Shown: positions 36,941 to 49,639 of the stretch, piece by piece
How the letters are laid out: every line of letters starts with the position of its first letter
Numbering within the stretch: position 1 is the stretch's first letter
NCBI GenBank assembly: GCA_052327205.1
Contig: CM126219.1
Coordinates: 50,840,001-50,904,000, forward strand
Direction: 5' to 3'
Length of the DNA stretch: 64,000 bases
Origin: Somniosus microcephalus
Taxonomy: Eukaryota
The notes under the pieces: generated by a model
What the model was told of the DNA's origin: nothing
The model's database searches: none
The model's input: the letters and a program-made list of their open reading frames with translations, nothing else
Program-made: the position numbers and the translations under genes

Positions 36941-37451
36941 TCTATTATCTTCTCCATTTATTCAAGAGCAGGAGTGCAAATGCTGGTTGCATCTTTTTTT
37001 AAAACCCAATTGCACAGCCATCCTCTTTAGTGATGTATTTACCCTATAGTGCAGCCACCAAAAGCAGCCCCTCCTATGAGTGCAGTGTTGCAAGGTCAAT
37101 GAGGCAACACTGCTACCTCTGTGTTGACTTAAAAGCTCGGAAGCAGCAACATATTGGTGTCCCTGCTGGTGCTGGTCGCCATTTCATTTTTTTCCAACTC
37201 TGCAGACCTTCCCCAACCATCCATGAAGGTCTAGCAGCAAGAAATTAAGGCCACCAATCACACCTTTCAAACAACTGCCGGTGTCCAATCAAACAAATGG
37301 CAGCCCTGACTCTGGCGACAGAACTATGAGGTAAATGCAACATTAGAGATAAACTATTATAATCCGGTGGTTGGTAAGAGCTATTGAATTCTCAACTTGC
37401 ATAAATATTGCATGAGCTTCACATCACCCATTAAATTGTTCAATAAGATAA

Positions 37452-37640
37452 TTGTGGAGAGAAAAACTGAGTTAACGTTTCTGATCGATGACCTTTCATC
37501 AGAAGTGGAAGATGTTAAGAGATCAACAGCTTTTAAGCAAGTCCAGAGCCGGGGAAAAGAGGGCAGGTTAATAACAATATGGAGAGATTTGTGATAGGGT
37601 GGAGGGCAGGAATAATTAAATGACAAAAAGGGATGATAAC
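37452..37640 (-). mobile_element. PLE terminal fragment with hammerhead core
   Basis: The minus strand reads ttCTGATGAaaggtcatcgatcaGAAAcgttaactc. Confidence 0.65.
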
Positions 37641-38689
37641 TCTGCCACATACATCTTTATGGTCTTCAAAATGTTCCAGGCTGGGAAAATACTCCTATTC
37701 ATAAATAAAATGGGAAAGAATTTCAGTTTTTAGAATTTAGGCTTCATCCAAAAAGATCATGAAAATATTATTTTGCTGCATTTATTTTACACTGTACATC
37801 ACTGATGCGTGCTGCAGTAATTGCATTGAATAACCTTGTAAAATGAGGATGACACTGAAGGAAACTTATGAATCATTAGCACCATCTGGTGATTGCATAT
37901 GAGAAGAGCACCATTTATGTGCCTGTTGCAGTTTTATACTTAACTTTAAACAGAAGATTCAACAAACTTATAGTTCATACAATAATTAAAAGTACTGAAG
38001 TAGGGAAGATTAATATATGGGAAAAAAATGCCAAAATGGCATCACATTGGGAAAAAAAATCACAGGTAATGTGTGTTCATCAGTGGTCTGGTCTTCCAAA
38101 CGTTGCTGTTCCCAAATCATTTATTCTGTTCATACCATTGGGGTAGTTGAAATAAATATTTAAAAATGATGGATGTGGTTGCTTTAAGTGTTCGGAGTTT
38201 GAGACTGTCTGATTTCATTCATGTACTAATGCACATCACTGCGGGTGGGGAGAGGGAAGGAGGCAGACAGCAAATTTAGAATTGCATACATAATTGTCAA
38301 ATGCTTCTCCCCAGCAAATGCGAGCGGGGGAATTCCCAGTGGGTCTGGGGACATGTTCCACTGGGGGGAAAAAAAATCTAATTTATAGCAAGAATAATGT
38401 CTCCTGTTTAATTTCAATACATTTTTAAAAATTCATACATTTTTAATGTAGGAAACATATTTCTATCAATTTATATGAAATCAGGGCACCTTTTACTGGG
38501 ATTCATCTCTTTTCAACTCAATCAATTTTTGACAATCTTTTCTAATGAACGGTTCCGTTGAATAAACATTTTAAGCAGAGGAAGATATGGGGCGATTGGG
38601 AAAAATACAGGGCAGCAGGATTATTTTGGACTGCTCCAGCAAAGACACATTGAGCTGAATGACCTGTTGTCCTTTAACTACAAAAGTGA

Positions 38690-40305
38690 TGAGGGTGTAA
38701 GGCAAAAGGGGGTGGTAATGGGACAAGCAAGTAAAGAAACAAAAAATGGGTCCAGAGGAGGTGTTACAGCAGAATAGATTGGGGGGGGGACGGGGGGGCG
38801 GGGAGCATGGAAAGTCTGGCAAAGAGGAGAAGGTGCCCTAAGTTTGGGAGTGTGGTGGAAGAAAGGCAGGTAGACCCCAGAGGTGCAGACCACTGCACCA
38901 ACTGTGTCCCTAATCGGGGATCCCACCTCAAGCACCAGCCCACACCTCTTCCACTTCCAGTGCCTCTGGTGCAGCCATCCTTCATTAGCAGAACCTGCTG
39001 TCCGAGAAAATGGGAGCAGTGTTTAAGATCTAATGTTGTTAAACTCAGTGATAAGGCCGGAAGGCTGTAAAGTGCCTAAGCAAAAGATGAGGTGCTGTTC
39101 CTCGTACTTCTGTTGAACTTCATTGGAACAGTGTAGGAGGCCAAGGACAGAGAGGTCAGAGAGGGAGTGGGATCGAGAATTAAAGTGACAAGTGACCAGA
39201 AGCTCAGGGTCATGCTTGCGAACTGAACGGAGGTGTTCAGCAAACTGGTCACCTAATCTGCGCTTGGTGTCCCCAATGTAGAGGAGACCGCATCACAAGC
39301 AGCGAATACAGTACATTAAGTACAAGTAAGTCGCTGTTTCACCTTGAAGGTGTATCTGGGGCCCTGGATGGTGGGGAGGGAGGAGGTAAAAGAGCAAATG
39401 TTGCATCTCCTAAGATGTGTTTGGTAGTGGTATCATGCTGGAGGTGGCGAAAATGTCACAGGATGATCCGTTGAATGTGGAAGTTGGTGGAGTGGAAGGT
39501 GAGGACACGGGGAACCCAATCGTGGTTCTGGGAGGGAGGGGGAGGGGTGAGGACGGATGTGTGGGAAATGGGATGGATACAGTCGAGGGCCATGTCAACC
39601 ACAGTGGAGGGGAATCCTCAGCTGAGGAAGAAAAGGGTGGCGTTGTCAGAACAGATGCGACGGAGATGGAAAAACTGGGAGAATGGAATCGAGTCCTTGC
39701 AGGAAGCGAGGTGGGAGGAAATATAATGAAGGTAGCTGTGGGAGTCAGTGGGCTTAGAGTAAACACTGGTGGACAGGCTATCCCCAGAAATTGAGATAGA
39801 GAAGTCGAGAAGGAAAGGAAAGATTCAGAGACCATGTGAAGGCAAGGGAAGGATGGAAATTGGAAGCAAAGTTGCTGAAATTTTGCAGTTTGGGGCGAGA
39901 ACAGGAACTGGCACCGACACAGTCATCAATGTACCAGATAAAGCGGTCAGGGAGGGGACCTGAGTAGGAGCCGAACAAGAATGTTTCACGTATCCCACAA
40001 AACGCAGGCATAGCTAGGACCCATATATTTTCCCATAGCAAAACCTTTTATTTGGAGGAAGTAAGGGGAGTTATAGGAAAAGTTGTTCAATGTAAGTTCG
40101 GCCAGGCAGAGGAGGGTGGTGGTAGATGGGCATTGGTTGGGCCGCTGTGCAAGGATGAAACGGAAGTCCTGCAGGCCATCCTAGTGAAGGATTGAGATGT
40201 GGAGGGTCTGGATATCCATGGTGAAAAGGAGACAGTTAGGGGTAGGAAACTGGAAATGATTGAAATGGTGGAGGGCACTGGAAGAGTCATGGATGTTGGT
40301 CGGAA
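38690..40305 (-). mobile_element. Degraded PLE (RT and GIY-YIG part); the 5' part resumes at 55846-56350
   Basis: Remnants WYIDDCVG..NFASNFHPSL and LLFTMDIQTL, homologous to 9955-11697. Segment 55846-56247 gives the PLE N-terminus (HITSLSTCLPLRLIPYGFQLKF). Confidence 0.8.
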
Positions 40306-40873
40306 AAGGCAGGACAAATTGCCTGCAATTCCTATGCCATGTGGGAACTCCGGGGCTCTTCATTCAGGAAGTGTCTCCAGTTGCTCGAACTCAAGCTCAT
40401 TGTTTCGGAGCTTGAGGAGCAGCTGGAGTTACTGCAGGGCATACGGGAGGCTGAGAATTTCCTGGGGCACAGCTACAGAGAGTTCAGGAGGAAAGTAAGT
40501 GAGTGGCTATCCGGCAGCGCAGGTATCCTTGAAGTGTGCCACACTCAAACCGGTTTTCAGTACTGAGGGTAACGACCCCTTGGGGAGTGCAGTCTAGAGC
40601 ACACCCATAGCACTGTGGGGCAAACAACTGCACAGGGGGGCACAGCAAAATGTGTAGAAATGCAGTGGGGATTAGATAGTCGGTGGATAGACAGGTATTT
40701 CAGCAAACGCTAATGTGAGTCATGCATGGTGTGTTGCCTCCCTGGTGCCAGGGTAAAGGACATCACCGAACGGGTGCAGACAATGTTGTGGGGAGAAGGG
40801 GAACAGCCAGAAGTCATGGTCCATGTTGGAACCAATGACGTAGGTAAGAAAACAGTTGAGGTCCAGAGACAGA

Positions 40874-43800
40874 GGGCTTGATTTTAATAGTCCTGAGGAG
40901 GTGGGTTTGGAGGCGGGTCTGTTGGGAAAATCAGGAAAAATGGCTTCAGACACCCAACCTGCCTCCATCCCACCCCCACCCAATTTTCGTGAGTGTCTGT
41001 TTAGCCACTCCCAAACTGACCGATCTCCAACCGGTGGGACAAATCCTATTTTTATAGTTGTTTCCCATTTTCCTGCTTCTGGCTCCTGTTTCCCGACTTG
41101 TCAGAAACAGGCCAGATTCAAGGAGACGAGTTGCTGGAGGACATGATTTGTATGCATTGGTGGAGCACTTTAAGAGCGCCCCTGAAACATGGCTGACATT
41201 CAAATGCAACAAATTTGCTGTTGTAGGTATGGGATAAGATTTTGCACATCTACTGACCTTCTGACTGTTCAAGCTGACACCCTTCTGCAGTGTGTCATGA
41301 ACAGAAATATTTCAGGCCAATTCGACTGTGAGCTTGCAAGATTGTTACCTCAAATGAAATCTATAGCAAGGGTTGGGAAACACTTATGCCCTCTCATCCT
41401 GGTCTTCGGAATCGGGGGAGTAGCAGCTGTGTGGCTCAGCGCAGATCTTCCTGGGAAAAGGAGTAGGAGGAGGACGAAGGGAGCCTTGCATGCCCTGTTG
41501 TGACCAATGCAGCAACCCTCCAATTCACTGGGTATGCACACTGCCATGCCACACTACCATAAGCTTACTCTGGGACCATAGGTGGCCACCATATGGCTCT
41601 GTAATTGCAGGCAACACTTGTCCAACATCATACTTCATCTCTGCTATACCTTCTTATTTCCTATCACTTTTACCATCAACATTACAAATGCAAATTGCCC
41701 TGAGCCCTCAATGCGCTTTTGCCATTTCCCAGAACACATAAGCCACACAATCAACTGTTTGACATAACTTATCTTTAACACATGACAAAATATACCAGCA
41801 AGAGTCAGAAAAAAAAGAAACATCACCTAAGTGAGTCCCCTTGTGACTATAGTTGCTTAATCTTTCTCTTACGCGTGCTTCTACGTGGTGCTTCCCCTGT
41901 GGCTTCAGCAGATATAGAGGCACCATGCTGACTAGGATGCTGCGCCTGCTTATACACCTTTATCAGGCGTCCTCTGGGTTTGGGAACCTGGGAGGGCTCT
42001 TCAACAGTCTGCTCTTCCTGCAGCTGTGCAGGGGCTGAAATGGCCATCTCAGTTGTCTCTGCAAAGTGGGTCTCTGACCGAGGGCTCCGCAGTGGCATGG
42101 TCATGCGAGCACTTTGAGAGGAGCCCACACTTCCTTCTGTCCTGCCAACAACATCCCTCTCATGGGTCAGCCGCACCTCAGTGCTGGCAAGTGGCAGGAG
42201 AGCACCTTGCTGCACTTCAGGGGGGCCATGAGGACCCGTATCTGCACTGGCAGTCCTCCTCAAAAGGACGTCCATGAAGCTCTGGTCTCTCTGCTCAAAA
42301 GCTGCCCATCACTCCTCCAGAGATGTCATTCTATTCTGAACAGTCACCATGTTTTCCTGATTCTGGCGACTTATGTCCTCCATGGCCGTAGTCATCCTTT
42401 TCACTGAGGTAGCCATCCTTTCCTCAGAGGTTGCTATCCTATCCATGGTGGTGCGTTCATGCGCCATTGCCTCCACCATGGCAGTGCTGATGTTAGAGAT
42501 GGACTCCTCCATTCTCTCCACACTCGCACTAATCCTGGAGGTAAACCCTTCCAGAGACTCCTACACTTGTTCCTGTATTTCCCGAACTGCTCTTTTTCTG
42601 GATGGCCCCAGAGTTCTGGCACAGCGTCTGCATGCAGCTTAGCAGAGCTAGGAGAGTCCTGCGACCTCCGCCAACGACTCTCCACTGCTGTCGCTGTGTC
42701 CACTATCTGCTGATGCTCACTTGTGCGCTGTCATAGACCAGGTGGCAACACTACTCGAACTCGCGAGGGCCCCACCGAGGTGTGCATTGCTGTGCTGGTG
42801 CTGGGTGCGCTGAGACCTGGTAATGCTGCTCCCTCAGAGGCTTCAGGTTCCTCTGAGGAGATGTCTGGCTCTTCATCCTGGATCATCGGGAGGGGGGCGC
42901 TCGGTGGTCCTGTGGGAGAGTAAAGGCTTGAATTAGACATCTGATATTGATGTAGCAGACACATCCTTTTGAGCAGATGATACAAAGCGATTCTCTATGA
43001 ACAGCATATTCCATTGCTTTCTGAGAGGGATGAAACTCTATTCTGTTACCAGCTTCTTCGAGTGTGCCTGTCTCTCCATTGCCTACTTCCAGGTCCTCGC
43101 CGCCTCCAACAATCTCGTTTGCTGCTTCCTCAGCAGTGGTCAATGTTGCTAGGGTAGGTGTTCCTCCTCCAGTCAGTGCTCTCTTCCTCTTATTGTGGGC
43201 TATCTTTTCCTGCAAGGAGGGACACAAGCGGTGTTTCAGCCACAGTGACGGAGTGAGTGTGATTAATCCCTACCATAGAAGCTTTAAGTGAGACCAAGAT
43301 GGGGTAAGGGGCCAAGAGGAAGGTAGCTCCCTGTGCATTGTTAGTTGTTGTCACTGCATGACAGTGAGAGCGAATCCAAGGGGTGCATAGGCAGGATGCT
43401 GAAGTGATTCAGTGCAGTGACAGAGATGGATAGGAAAGGGTGCAAGGGAAGTAAGGGTAAGATGGGCTGTGAAGGAGGAGGCTTACAATGCAGAGTGCTG
43501 GTGATGCGAAGAGAAGGGAAACAGAGTGAAGGTAAGTGAGATGGAATACTCACTTTGGATGTTCTCACAAGATCATTAAACCATTTGCAGCACCAGATCC
43601 ATGACCATGCATAAATGGACCTCCTGAGCAATGCACAGCCAGGCTGCCTTGGTCTGCTGAGGAGGCTTCCTCTGGCCATCAGGAGGGAAGAGAATCTCCC
43701 TGTGCCCTCTGACAGCATCCACTTGGAGGGACTCATCATTAAAACGAGGAGCTGCCTTGCCTCTTGAAGAAGTCAGAGCTTTTCAAAGAAGTGCAGGAAA

Positions 43801-44039
43801 CCACAATAGAAAGGCTCAGGCTGGAGGGCAACTTGAACAGCATCTGCTATTATGACATCATTGGAGGTGGCCAGCCGACCCGATCCCACTCATTGGACCG
43901 GCCAGCGCACCTCATTGAAATTAACAAGGTACTTTAATAAAAATCACAACTCTGCAGCTGTTCCCGCCGGAAGCAGCTCCCGAACCCACCCACAGCACAA
44001 CACGACTCCAAACCCGCCTCGGGAATTAAAATCCAGCCC
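40874..44039 (-). mobile_element. Non-autonomous Harbinger with a degraded spliced Myb/SANT gene
   Basis: TIR GGGCTTGATTTTAA / TTAAAATCCAGCCC and 3-bp TSD AGA. Exon 1 remnant KWFNDL..|GTGAGT (43554), exon 2 43209-43050 (EKIAHNKRKRALTGGG), exon 3 from 42909 with a coiled-coil region and basic C-terminus. Confidence 0.85.
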
Positions 44040-46791
44040 AGAGTTTCATGAGCTAAGGAGGAAGTTAAAGAACAGGACTTCAAAGGTAGTAATCTCTGGA
44101 TGACTCCCAGTGCCACGTGCTTTATTTTTTATTATTCATTCATGGTATATGGGTGTCACTGGCAAGGCCAGCATTTATTGCCCTTGAGAAGGTGGTGGTG
44201 AGCCGCCTTATTGAACCACTGCAGTCCATGCGGTGAAGGTACTCCCACAGTGCTGTTATGGAGGGAGTTCCAGAATTTTGACACAGCGACGATGAAGGAT
44301 CGGCGATATACTTCCAAGTCAGGGTGATGTGTGACTTGGAGTGGAACTTGGAGGTGGTGGTGTTCCCATGCGCCTGCTGCCTTGTCCTTCTATGTGGTAG
44401 AGGTTGTGGGTTTGGAGGTGCTGTCGAAGAAGCCTTGGTGCATTGCTGCAGTGCATCTTGTAGATGGTACACACTGCAGTCACGGTGTGCTGGTGGCGGA
44501 GGGAGTGAATATTTAAGGTGATGAATGGGGTGCCTATCAAGCGGGCTGCTTTGTCCTGGGTGGTGTTGAGTTTCTTGAGTGTTGCATTTATTGAGTGTTG
44601 TTGGAGCTGCACTCAACCAGGCAAGTGGAGAGTATTCTATCACACTCCTGACTTGTGCCTTGTAGATGGTGGAAAGGCTTTGAAGAATCAGGTGGTGAGT
44701 CATTCACCGTAGAATACCCAGCCTCTTACCTGCTCTTGTAGCCACAGTATTTATGTGGCTGGTCCAGTTAAAGTTCTGGTCAGTGGTAACCCCAGGATGT
44801 TAATGGTGGGAGATTCGACTATGAAAATGCCATTAAATGTCAAGGGGAGGTGATTAAACATTCTCTTGTTGGAGGTAGTCATTGCCTGGCACTTGTACGA
44901 TAGCAAAATACTGCAGATGCTGGAAATCCGAAATAACAACAGAAAATGCTGCAAAAAACTCAGCAGGCCAGGCAACATCCGTGGAGAGAAATTAGAGTCG
45001 ACGTTTCAGGTGAACCCTTTTTCAAAACTGGAAAGGAAATGAAATAGATCGAAGGCAGGGCTGCGATAGAACAAAAGAAGTAAAGAGACATTAAGAGGTA
45101 TTCAAAACCAGACGAGATAGTAATAGGACAGTGGAGACAAAAGCCGGCTCAGATTAGGTGTGAAGTGTAGGGGGCATCTTTTCTGTGGTTTACGGTAATT
45201 TACCTGGTCAGCAGCCTTTGCCTGCACTCTGACCAATTCCAATCTTTTAACTGGTTTACGGTAATTCACCTGGTTAGGCAGCCTTTTGCTGCTACACTGT
45301 AAACCAATTTCCAAACAGTGGTTTCGAATCGCTAACCCCACCTTCCAGTTCTGACTGGAGGAACTTATAATTAATGATATATCAAAAACGGACAATTGAT
45401 CTGGATGTGAGAAAGTCAAACTTTATTAAACTAAAGAAACTATAATCAAATTTTAAACTATACCACACGAACACAGTAATTACAGTAAGTTGCTTAACAG
45501 GGGAAGGCAGATGGCAAAAATGAGGGATTAATGGCTACAATGTTAATTAAACAATCTTAGCAATTTCCCCTGAATTACCACCCTCTAACTCTTTGCTAGG
45601 TTGCCTTGCTGAGGAGTCAGAAACCTGCTCACCTGTGGTCCAAGGACATAAGAGAGAGATAGCTTCTCAGGAGCTATCGTTATATCCTGCCAGCCCCTGC
45701 TGTTTGGCGCTGAAAGGGTCTGTGTGCAAAATTCGCACCCAAAAGTCCGAATATACAAGAGAAAGGCTGTGATTGGCTGATTCAAAGTGGTTGGAGTGGT
45801 TAGAATGTGCCTACCTTCTGGGGCCAAAGTGTACCCGCCCCCATCCAGAGTTCACCTGGGCTAAAACAAAAAGAGAATCCAACTGCCCTATTGTTCAGTA
45901 ATGGGTGATTCAAAAACCCATTCAATCCAAACTGTTCTCTTTCAAAAATCCTTTTCCAGAGTTTCAATGTGCCTCATTGTGTGTAAGAGGTTTGAATGGG
46001 GCTGGATTTCTGTGTAAACAGAAACCGATTGTCCTGCGGTTAGCATAACTGCAACCTAAGTGGATAATCCCTTATGTCGATAAACAAACATCGATTGCTT
46101 CTATAGAGAAGGGAAACTCCCTGGTTTGATTGACAGGTCTGACTGCCACTGCTTGATTCTCCCACTTACACAGATACTTCGAGCTGCGAGCTGCTTTTGT
46201 CTTTTGGCCATGCTTTCTGACAGCCATTTTTTAAACCCCTTTACAATTACAAAACTCCAGGGAACAATTTTATTAATAAAGTGTACTGTCTTAAAGTGTG
46301 CGAATTTTTCCATGAAGTTCCTCAATTCTGGTGTTGTCCATGTGCTGTCCATCCCAACGCAGCCTTTTGGGGTTCTGGGCACGTTTTAAAGCATCACACA
46401 ATTCTTCGTCCACAATGTGGACCAATATTTTCCGATCTTCAGGGATTTAGGGGATTTTTGCAAACCCCTACAGACCCCCCCCCTTTGGATACTTCCAACT
46501 TGATTGTAGTACCCACTCGAAGGAGTGAGCAAAATTTTCTGACCCCCGACAAACAACCATCCCCTGTATTTACCTAATAGCTACCTACCACTGATCCCCT
46601 GACCCGTCTATTCCCCTCAAATTCGAGAAAAAAACGTGGTACGGTAGGCATCTTACAGATACATCAGTTTACAATAAGGGTCTCATACCCCTGCATCACT
46701 TGTTACATTATACAATGCAATCAAAATTTACAATCACTTGTTACATTATAACTTATTACAAAATGTTGCAATCTTAGTTATACAATGTAAT

Positions 46792-46905
46792 CAAAATGAT
46801 CCCAAGCACGGAGAGGGTCCTACACCTCTGCTCAACTTGGAGTTGTCACAAAATGATCCCAAGCACGGAGAGGATCCTACGCCTCTGCTCAACTTGGGGC
46901 TGTAA
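46792..46905. repeat. Two-copy 57-bp tandem repeat with hairpin potential
   Basis: caaaatgatcccaagcacggagagg.tcctac.cctctgctcaacttgg at 46792 and 46849. Confidence 0.85.
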
Positions 46906-48565
46906 CACAAAATACAAAAATCTTCATTAAACATTTGAACAAAATGCTGAATTAAACCCCGACCATCACGTGCCAATGATGGGTCGCGAAATTCGAGTGG
47001 GTAATTGCTCCTCCCACTCGGGCAGTAAATGTTCCTTCCACCCCCCTTGAATGGTCTTAAACCTTTAAAACATAAAGAATGGATTTACAGACCAGCCTGC
47101 TCCGCCATCTCTGAGCCATTCCCTTGTCCCTTTGTGGAGGCGGGGTATCCCTCATGTTTAAAATTACCTTGGCACAGACCGAGACCGGGGAGTATGGGAT
47201 CGTGACTCCCAGTCCCTCCCCCTCCCGTCTTCCCTCAACTGGCTGCAGAAAATGATGGGTGCCTGTGTGGCAGCTCTCCCTGGCCCCACACTCAAACTTG
47301 GATCCCAGATCCGGCCACCCACTCATCCTCCCCAGCCACACTTACACTCTAACCTTGCCCGTGGGCCCCCAGGTGAGTTCCTCCCTTCCCCAAACGCACC
47401 CACACGACTCTTGGGTCACCCCCTCCCCTTTACAATCTTTCCCGGGCCATCACCACCCACTCCCGGGGAACGCGTCCCTATCTGACAAGCCGACCGCGCT
47501 TCCCCACCATGACTCCTCAACAGCAAGGTCTCCCGCAAGTGGACTTCGGTCAGGATAGTGCTGGGTTGGAGGCCGTGCCCCACCCAGCTGGGGCCATCTC
47601 TTCTGCGTAGGAGGAGTAGGCAAGTTCCTCCGGACCCGGTCCGGTTTCTCCCGAAGGTCGCTGTGGGGTTTCCCTCTGGATTTGTCCAGTGGCGAGGTGA
47701 TCCCCAACATTCTGTATCCATATCTTCCTTCGATGCCCAGCTCGGGCTGGGCGAACAGGGCTGCTTCTTCGTCCAATCTCCTGCAAAAACTTAAAAGGAC
47801 ATGCAGCCAGGTCTCTGACTGACCTGCTGCCTTAGGTGGAGGTGTGGTCGGGTCCCTCGACCTCGGACCAAAAACACAAACATTTGGCACACTTATAAAC
47901 TTAAACTTTATACTTAAACTTAAAACTACCAGTTAATTTTAAACTTACAATTTACACCTTAAAGCAAGCTATATACACACATAGCTATAATACAAATGCC
48001 GCCCGTCTCCGGATGGCCAGGCTAATCTCTGGCACTGCCGCAGATTACTGCTGGCTGCAGCGAAGCTGGACTGCCTCCTGCTTCTTGTCCCTTGCAGCTT
48101 ATGGCTGCTGATTGGGGACCCCTGTTCTTTGGCTTCTCCCCGGTTTGGGAGATTGCTCTTTGTGGCAGGTACTCTGGTGACCATCTTTTCTTGGGCTTGC
48201 AGACCCGCTGAGACTTTCTGAGGGGCGTCTCTGTGGGGGAAACGTTGGCTGGCGGACCCTCAGCCGGAGTCACAGCCCTAGCTGGCTGGGAACCTTCTCC
48301 CCCTGGTGCAAACAGCCTGGACTGTATAATATACCTGGCAGCCTGCCGGTACTCCGGGTTTGTCTGCTTTTCCCTACCCACTCCTGTACTGGGGGCAGGT
48401 ATACCTTCACCACCTGCTGTTGATGGCTGAAAAACTTCCTCTCCAGGTCCAAAACCTGGTACCAGCTCCCCTGCAAGAGGGACTGCTATCCCTGCCTCCC
48501 CAGGGTCCCACACCATAGGGGGAACCACTCTGGAAGCGGGCTGGGAAGCTTGTCCCTTTAAACAA

Positions 48566-49215
48566 GCGACTGCGCCTGCGCAAACTTCCTCCCGAGTCCC
48601 ACGGCAGAGGCTGTGAAGCCTCTGTCTTCAAGCAGGCGACTGCACCTGCGTGAGAACACTGAAAAAGAGCCGCTGTGGCCCCGCCGGCAACTGCGCCTGC
48701 GTAACCTTCCTCCTCGGAGTCCCGCGGCAGAGGCTGTGAAGCCTTGGCTTCAAACAGGCGATTGCGCCTGCATGGGAAAACCGAGAAAGAGCCGCTGTGG
48801 TCCCGCAGGCAACTGTGCCTGCGTGAACAATCTTTTTACAGGGCTGGGGAACCACTAAACTAGCACAGGCAACCGCACCTGCGCGTTCGATTTGCTTGAG
48901 AAGGATAGGAATAACCACTGGGTCTTCCATGCAAGCTACTGCGCCTGCGCGTATGGATTGTGAAGCGGGGACCTGTAAACGGCTGACTGCGCCTGCGCGC
49001 TCGGCCTCACAGTGAGCAAGAGCCGCTCGAGGTTCCGAGTCCGCGACTGCGCCTGCGCGAACCCGGTGTTGAGAAACCTCTCCTCTCAGGCGCGCGGCTG
49101 CGCCTGCGTGAACCTCCTGTTGGCAAAACTCTCCCCTCAGGCGCGCGACTGCGCCTGCGCGGGAAAACTGAAGAGGAGCCACTTGGAGTATGGGCTGGGG
49201 AACTGCGCTTGCGCG
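48566..49215. repeat. Array of 12 conserved ~17-nt repeats (GCGACTGCGCCTGCGCG) with variable spacers
   Basis: Starts at 48566, 48636, 48687, 48758, 48809, 48869, 48935, 48983, 49043, 49094, 49145 and 49199. Confidence 0.9.
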
Positions 49216-49639
49216 AGCAGTCTCTTGTGAATGAATTGGCAGCAGCCTGCAGATTTCTAATCTCAGGTTGCTGTTTCTCTGTTTTTGAGCCACATAACTT
49301 GTTCAAATTTAAACTTTGGTTCGAATTTAAGCTTTGGCCAAAATTTAGGTCCCACTGGGGCAGGGAAGTGTCCCAATTTGTGGGCTGGACAACTTTTCCC
49401 TGGAAACAAGCCACAGTGCCTGTCTTTACAGGCTGTGAACTTGAACTTGTCTTGTCAGATTTATACACTTTTCCCTGTGTCCCATCCCTGCCTGTAATCA
49501 CTGCCACTGGCCCGGACTCATATGGGTCCCAGAAAGTGCCTGTACGTGCACCCTCCTTGGCCAGCCTACCGGCCAGTCATTGTGAGGAGGCAGAGGTGGG
49601 CGAGGGGGCTGCAGCACCACTGATGGCCACTACCTTTCC

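Noticed and set aside
45102-46389. Duplicated short ORFs also present at 51183-52622
   Set aside because: They are repeated only because they lie in the two LTRs, and show no coding signature.
48566-49215. CRISPR array
   Set aside because: The repeats are short and degenerate, several spacers are related to each other, periods are biased to multiples of 3, there are no cas genes and the context is a eukaryotic LTR element.
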